Assembly: GCA_028700115.1 (NCBI GenBank)
Contig: JAQVTI010000010.1
Span: forward strand, 4,528-36,527
DNA: 32,000 nucleotides
DNA from: Candidatus Iainarchaeum sp.
Lineage (GTDB): Archaea > Iainarchaeota > Iainarchaeia > Iainarchaeales > CSSED10-239
Direction of reading: 5' to 3'
The notes under the pieces were generated by a model that made no database searches, had not been told where the DNA came from, and saw only the letters and a program-made list of their open reading frames with translations. Shown one piece after another: positions 27,330-32,000 of this stretch (the stretch's first letter is position 1; each line of letters begins with the position of its first letter). The position numbers and the translations under genes are program-made.

Positions 27330-27461
27330 ATGTATATGGAACTAGAAGAAATAATAAATGCTCTAAAAAGACATGCTGATAAAGAAAAAGGGTTAAAAAA
27401 TAGAATTCTTTATGAACAAGCTTTAAAATCATTAACTGAATTAAAAAATAGAAAAGAATAA
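27330..27461 (+). CDS. Small 43-aa ORF (not in supplied track)
   Basis: MYMELEEIINALKRHADKEKGLKNRILYEQALKSLTELKNRKE*, downstream of hjc on the same strand. Confidence 0.4.
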   Translation: MYMELEEIINALKRHADKEKGLKNRILYEQALKSLTELKNRKE

Positions 27462-27474
27462 TTTATATCTAATT

Positions 27475-27822
27475 TTATAATAATTTATATTTTTTTGTAA
27501 ATCTATCAATTTTATCTTCTTTAATAGGACCAACTCCAAGACAGGTAATATCTGGTTGAGATAATTGAGTTAAACCAGCATCTTTTATTAAAGAACATGG
27601 AAATATATTTTTAATATCTTCAAATAAAGATAAAAGCTCATTTTTAGAATCTATTTTTAAAACAACTTTTTTTTGACCTTCCAAAAGCCATAAAGATGAA
27701 ATTTCTGGATTTTTTTTTTCAGTTTTTAAAAAAGAAGATACTGCTGCATGTGCAACTTGTGCAGCAATTTTACCTTTTCCAAGTTTTAAATCATTTCTTA
27801 CAATTATAACTTGTTTATACAT
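27475..27822 (-). CDS. pth2: Peptidyl-tRNA hydrolase type 2
   Basis: MYKQVIIVRNDLKLGKGKIAAQVAHAAVSSF...VVLKIDSKNELLSLF...IKDAGLTQLSQPDITCLGVGP; start moved to internal Met (27822). Confidence 0.93.
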   Translation of the reverse strand: MYKQVIIVRNDLKLGKGKIAAQVAHAAVSSFLKTEKKNPEISSLWLLEGQKKVVLKIDSKNELLSLFEDIKNIFPCSLIKDAGLTQLSQPDITCLGVGPIKEDKIDRFTKKYKLL

Positions 27823-27823
27823 A

Positions 27824-28192
27824 TTATTCAAAATCAGATTTATTATCATCAATATTACAATTTTCATCATTAGAACCTTCTATTCCTGAAAAAGTAATAG
27901 TTATTGTTATTTGCTTTCTACCCCACATAGAAGTGATTTGTTTTGTTTGCCCTAATGTAATTTCTGTAGTATAATCATATGCTTTATGTTCATTTTTAAC
28001 TAAAAAATGCCTATCATATTCTAAATTTACTTTCCCTGAATTCCCAGAAAGTATTTTGAAAATATGCCCATTATTCCCATCATCTTCAAAAGTTTCTCCA
28101 ATTTCTGCATAAATAGTTTTTTCTTCTTTTACATTATTTGATGGATTTTCCATATCTGTTACTTTTCTTGTAACTTTAAAAACAAATTCCAT
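27824..28192 (-). CDS. Hypothetical 122-aa protein upstream of pth2
   Basis: Intact ORF, 1-bp gap to pth2 start; beta-rich sequence FKVTRKVT...ITLGQTKQITSMWGRKQITITITF. Confidence 0.55.
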   Translation of the reverse strand: MEFVFKVTRKVTDMENPSNNVKEEKTIYAEIGETFEDDGNNGHIFKILSGNSGKVNLEYDRHFLVKNEHKAYDYTTEITLGQTKQITSMWGRKQITITITFSGIEGSNDENCNIDDNKSDFE

Positions 28193-28311
28193 AATTTATC
28201 TATCTCCTATTAATAATAACATTAAATTTTAAATATTAAAATATATTTTATAAAATATATAAGATAATTAAGTTTAAAAACACATAAGCTTATTGAATAA
28301 ATAAAAACAAA

Positions 28312-31300
28312 TTAAGAAGTAATATATTTTTTAATATTTTCTAATTCTTCTTCATCATAATAATTAGATGGTAAAAAAACTTCTACAATTTTTGTTGAAA
28401 TCCAATCTTTTTCTTTAATTATAGGTACATAATCAAATATAGAAGTTAAATTAATTTCAAAATCCCCACTATTTAAAATTTGATTATGTAAATTTTTATA
28501 ATCCCCAATATATGAAACAACATGAGTATAAGGTACAATCAATGATTTTTCTTCTAAATTATAAGAATAATATCCTAATTGTTTATATTTTTGTGGAATA
28601 TCAAACCAATCAGGATTTACAAAATCATCATTATAAATATATTTTTTATTATTATTAATTCTAATTCCTAAAATCATACCAGGTAAAAGACGATTTAAAT
28701 TTAAATCATCATCACCTTCAAACCAAACACTTACAGAAGAAGAATCTACTATTCTATACCATGCATCAACTGTTGGGAAATATTTATCAGATTTAGAAAT
28801 AGACATAATTTTATTTAAAGAATCTGCAGATAAATAAGAACAATTACCAATATATTTTTTATTTTGTAAATTTAAAAAATTATTAATTGTTTTCTCATAA
28901 TCATATTTTAAAGGAAGAATTCTAAAATCTAAATTAGAATCATAATATACATCTATTAATCCTTCTTTAAAAAAATATTTTTCATCATATTCAGATATTT
29001 TTTCTAAATCTAAAAAAATATTTTGAAAAGCAATATAATTTTCATAAAAATCTTTAAAAGAATATTTCCCTAAATCTAAAACCACTTTTGATGGGGTTAA
29101 ATTTTTTTCTAAAAAGAAACTTTGATCTTTAGAATTTGTATTTAATAAATCTAATAATAAAAAAATATTAGATGCAAAATTTTTATTAGAAACATCTTCT
29201 TCTATAACCATATTACAAAAAGAAACATAATTTTCTTGTGTAAAATTATTTGAATTTCCTGTAATTTCTGAAAAATAATTTATAGAGTCTTGATTTGTTT
29301 TAATATCAAAAAAATTATATTTAAAATATTTAAAATTTGCAGAAGACAAAAATGGTTCAAAATCATTATATCTTTGAGAAATATTTTCAGAACTACAAAA
29401 ATAATTATAATCTATAAATGTAGAAAAATTATCCCCAGAAAAATTACTTAAAGAATATGATAAAGCCCAAAATACAGATATATCTTCAAAATTTAAATCA
29501 AATGAATTTGAAATATCAAAAATCATTGTATTAAATTTTTTTAATAAATCTTTATCTTTTTTAAAATAATCAAAATATATATGATTTATATGTTCTTGAG
29601 AAATATTATAATTAATATCTTCAATTAAATCTATTTTATTTAATAAATTAGGATTATAATTAGGATTATCTTTTGAAATAAAATCATCTAATAAATACAC
29701 ATTTATTTTTTCAAAATCACAAACTATTAAATAATTTTCATAAATTTTATAAGTGTTTTCTAAAATTTCTACAATTTCTCCATTTAAATCTAATAAAAAT
29801 AATAAAGAATCATCTTGTGTTTTAGAAACACTTATTATAGAAAATTCTCTTGAAAAATTATTAAGTCCATTAAAAAAATATTCTTGAGAGGAAAAATCTA
29901 AAATAAACCAAGAAATTTTAAATTCTAAAGGATCTCTTGCATCAAAAATATATAAATAAACATCTTCTTGAGAAGTTATAAAATTATAATATAAATTATC
30001 AGAAATAGTATAAAAATAAGCAATATCAGATTTATTTAATAAAAAAGGTATACCCCCTCTTAATTCAATATATGATTTGTGATTATCTTTTTTTAATTTA
30101 AAATAAGTTTTATCTTTACTAAAATAAAAAGTATTTTTTGAATTTTGGGGGATTATTTTATCAAAAGTAAATACTTTAAATTTATTTGAAAAATAAAAAT
30201 TATCATAATAAGACAAATAATTTATATAAAAAATATTGTTTGAAAAATTATAATCCAAATAAAGAAATTTGTCGTTAAAATGTATATTTTTATTTTTATA
30301 AAAAATAATAGGAGAACTAATATTATTTTCAGAAATAATTTTTACATTAGAACTATTAAATCTATAATTATAAATTTCATCAAAATTAGATATATCAAAA
30401 TATTTATAAATTTTATTTATTGAAAAACCTAAAAAATCTAAACTATTATCATAATAATTATAAATATTTATATATTGATTATTTAAATTTAAAATAGATA
30501 TATCAATTAAAAAGTTTTTAGAAAAAATTGAATTTGTAGAAATATTTAATTCTATATTTTCTTTATAATTATAAGATTTATCAAAATTAGAATTTCTTCT
30601 AAAAGAAATATCTAATAATAAAGGAAAAGAAGAAATCACTTTTTTTTCTTTTAAATAATAAAAACATTCTTTAGAAACTTTTGTTTTAAGAGAATCTTCT
30701 GTTCTTAAAAGTAAATCATTTATACTATTTATGGGATTATCTTCTAAAAATAGAATTAAATTATAACAATAATTTTCTTTAGAAATTAATTCTTTTTTAA
30801 GATTATTTAATAAGAATACATCTTTTTGATTAATTTCAAAAAAACCAATATTTGAATCTTGGTTAAAATTATAAGAAATATATTCAGAGTCATAAGAAAG
30901 ATCAATAGGTAAAATATAATTAGTATATAAATTTATTGGAGTTGTAATAATATCTATTTTTTCAGGAATTTTAAAAATACTATCAAAAGTAGAAGAATTT
31001 ATTTCAAAATTTGTTTCTGGTAAAGAAAATATATTTGTAGAAAATAAAATTAAAATAAAAAAAATAATTATAATATTAATTCTTTTAAATCTAATTTCAC
31101 GTCTATTGATTTTATTTTTTGGGATTAAAAAATAAATAATTAAAACTATTATAAATAATAAAAATCCTAATTTTTTAAAATTAAAATTAGAAGAATCAGA
31201 TGTAAAATTTAAAATATTATTTTTAAAATCAATAGATGTATCTATATTAGAAAAAGAAGAATCTGAGGATATAGATGAATTATCAAAATTAGATATTATT

Positions 31301-31935
31301 GAAAATGGAAGATTTTTTTTAAAATTCATATTATTAATAAAATAATTAATATCTAAAAAATAAACACCTTCTTCAGATAAACTAAAAATATATGGTAAAG
31401 AATTAATTTTTTCAGAAAAATACATATTATCAAAATTATAAATAGACACATATAAATTAACATCTTCTAGAGAGCCCATATTTGAAGATAAATATATATT
31501 TTGATCAATATTAAAATAACTAAAAATATTTCCTAAATTATCTTCTAAAAAAAAATTATAATTATAAATATTTTTTTTTAAAGAAAAAGTATCAGAAAAA
31601 TAATATATTTCTTTTTCATCTATAAAAAAAGTATAAGATATATTAATATCAGAATCATAAGAAGGAGTAAAATAAAAATTAAAAGAAGAAAGTTCTTCTA
31701 AAGAAAGATTTTTATTAAAATATATTTCTTTTGAAATATTAGATAAAATTAATAAATTTACAGAATCAATTTTTTGTAAATCTAAAAAATTAATATCAAT
31801 TTTATTAAAATAAATAGATAAAGAAATAATTTCATCATAAACATAAGATTCCTTAAATAAAATTGAATCATATGCAAATATATTTATTGAAAAAAATAAA
31901 ATAAAAAAAAATATTAAAAAAAATTTATATTTCAT
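28312..31935 (-). CDS. Very large (1207 aa) membrane/surface protein, signal peptide plus paired internal TM segments, C-terminal NlpC/P60-like Cys/His module (tentative)
   Basis: MKYKFFLIFFFILFFSINIFAYD; internal FLLFIIVLIIYFLI-PKNKINRREIRFKR-INIIIIFFILILF; C-term GNCSYLSADSLNKI...RLLPGMILGIRI...YTHVVSYIGD. Confidence 0.7.
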   Translation of the reverse strand: MKYKFFLIFFFILFFSINIFAYDSILFKESYVYDEIISLSIYFNKIDINFLDLQKIDSVNLLILSNISKEIYFNKNLSLEELSSFNFYFTPSYDSDINISYTFFIDEKEIYYFSDTFSLKKNIYNYNFFLEDNLGNIFSYFNIDQNIYLSSNMGSLEDVNLYVSIYNFDNMYFSEKINSLPYIFSLSEEGVYFLDINYFINNMNFKKNLPFSIISNFDNSSISSDSSFSNIDTSIDFKNNILNFTSDSSNFNFKKLGFLLFIIVLIIYFLIPKNKINRREIRFKRINIIIIFFILILFSTNIFSLPETNFEINSSTFDSIFKIPEKIDIITTPINLYTNYILPIDLSYDSEYISYNFNQDSNIGFFEINQKDVFLLNNLKKELISKENYCYNLILFLEDNPINSINDLLLRTEDSLKTKVSKECFYYLKEKKVISSFPLLLDISFRRNSNFDKSYNYKENIELNISTNSIFSKNFLIDISILNLNNQYINIYNYYDNSLDFLGFSINKIYKYFDISNFDEIYNYRFNSSNVKIISENNISSPIIFYKNKNIHFNDKFLYLDYNFSNNIFYINYLSYYDNFYFSNKFKVFTFDKIIPQNSKNTFYFSKDKTYFKLKKDNHKSYIELRGGIPFLLNKSDIAYFYTISDNLYYNFITSQEDVYLYIFDARDPLEFKISWFILDFSSQEYFFNGLNNFSREFSIISVSKTQDDSLLFLLDLNGEIVEILENTYKIYENYLIVCDFEKINVYLLDDFISKDNPNYNPNLLNKIDLIEDINYNISQEHINHIYFDYFKKDKDLLKKFNTMIFDISNSFDLNFEDISVFWALSYSLSNFSGDNFSTFIDYNYFCSSENISQRYNDFEPFLSSANFKYFKYNFFDIKTNQDSINYFSEITGNSNNFTQENYVSFCNMVIEEDVSNKNFASNIFLLLDLLNTNSKDQSFFLEKNLTPSKVVLDLGKYSFKDFYENYIAFQNIFLDLEKISEYDEKYFFKEGLIDVYYDSNLDFRILPLKYDYEKTINNFLNLQNKKYIGNCSYLSADSLNKIMSISKSDKYFPTVDAWYRIVDSSSVSVWFEGDDDLNLNRLLPGMILGIRINNNKKYIYNDDFVNPDWFDIPQKYKQLGYYSYNLEEKSLIVPYTHVVSYIGDYKNLHNQILNSGDFEINLTSIFDYVPIIKEKDWISTKIVEVFLPSNYYDEEELENIKKYITS

Positions 31936-32000
31936 ATATAATTTATATATATATATATTTTTAAAAGTTAATAATTACTTGATCTACTCTCTCTGTTGGA

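Overview
AT-rich archaeal chromosomal segment, most likely from a DPANN lineage of the Pace-/Woesearchaeota type (taxonomy is an inference from gene content, gene order and composition). Left part: a 5'-truncated DUF2341+LamG surface protein, a pilin-like protein, and a 973-aa protein with a pilin-like N-terminus plus duplicated CHB_HEX_C/LamG modules; then an HD-domain protein and a lone HicA-like protein. Middle: bacterial-type AspRS lacking the GAD insertion, SpoIIM-family protein, PD-(D/E)XK nuclease with Fe-S cysteines, an antitoxin-like/RelE-like pair whose toxin is interrupted by two in-frame TAG codons and which sits between two ~59-bp direct repeats, bacterial-type RadC, bacterial-type TGT, A24 prepilin peptidase. 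It continues with the archaeal SRP54/FtsY/prefoldin-alpha/aIF6/L31e/L39e/S19e neighbourhood, in which the three ribosomal proteins carry long charged C-terminal tails. Right part: MATE transporter, RNase P Rpp21-like subunit directly behind tRNA-Gly(GCC), transglutaminase-like protein, tRNA-Val(UAC), archaeal DnaG, DUF167, Hjc, PTH2, and a 1207-aa surface protein ending in a possible NlpC/P60-like Cys/His module. No CRISPR array, rRNA or transposase was seen. I found no clear-cut new defence system. The strongest candidates for follow-up are the repeat-flanked broken TA locus next to radC, the GAD-less AspRS, the giant C-terminal Cys/His protein, and the pilin-LamG cluster.
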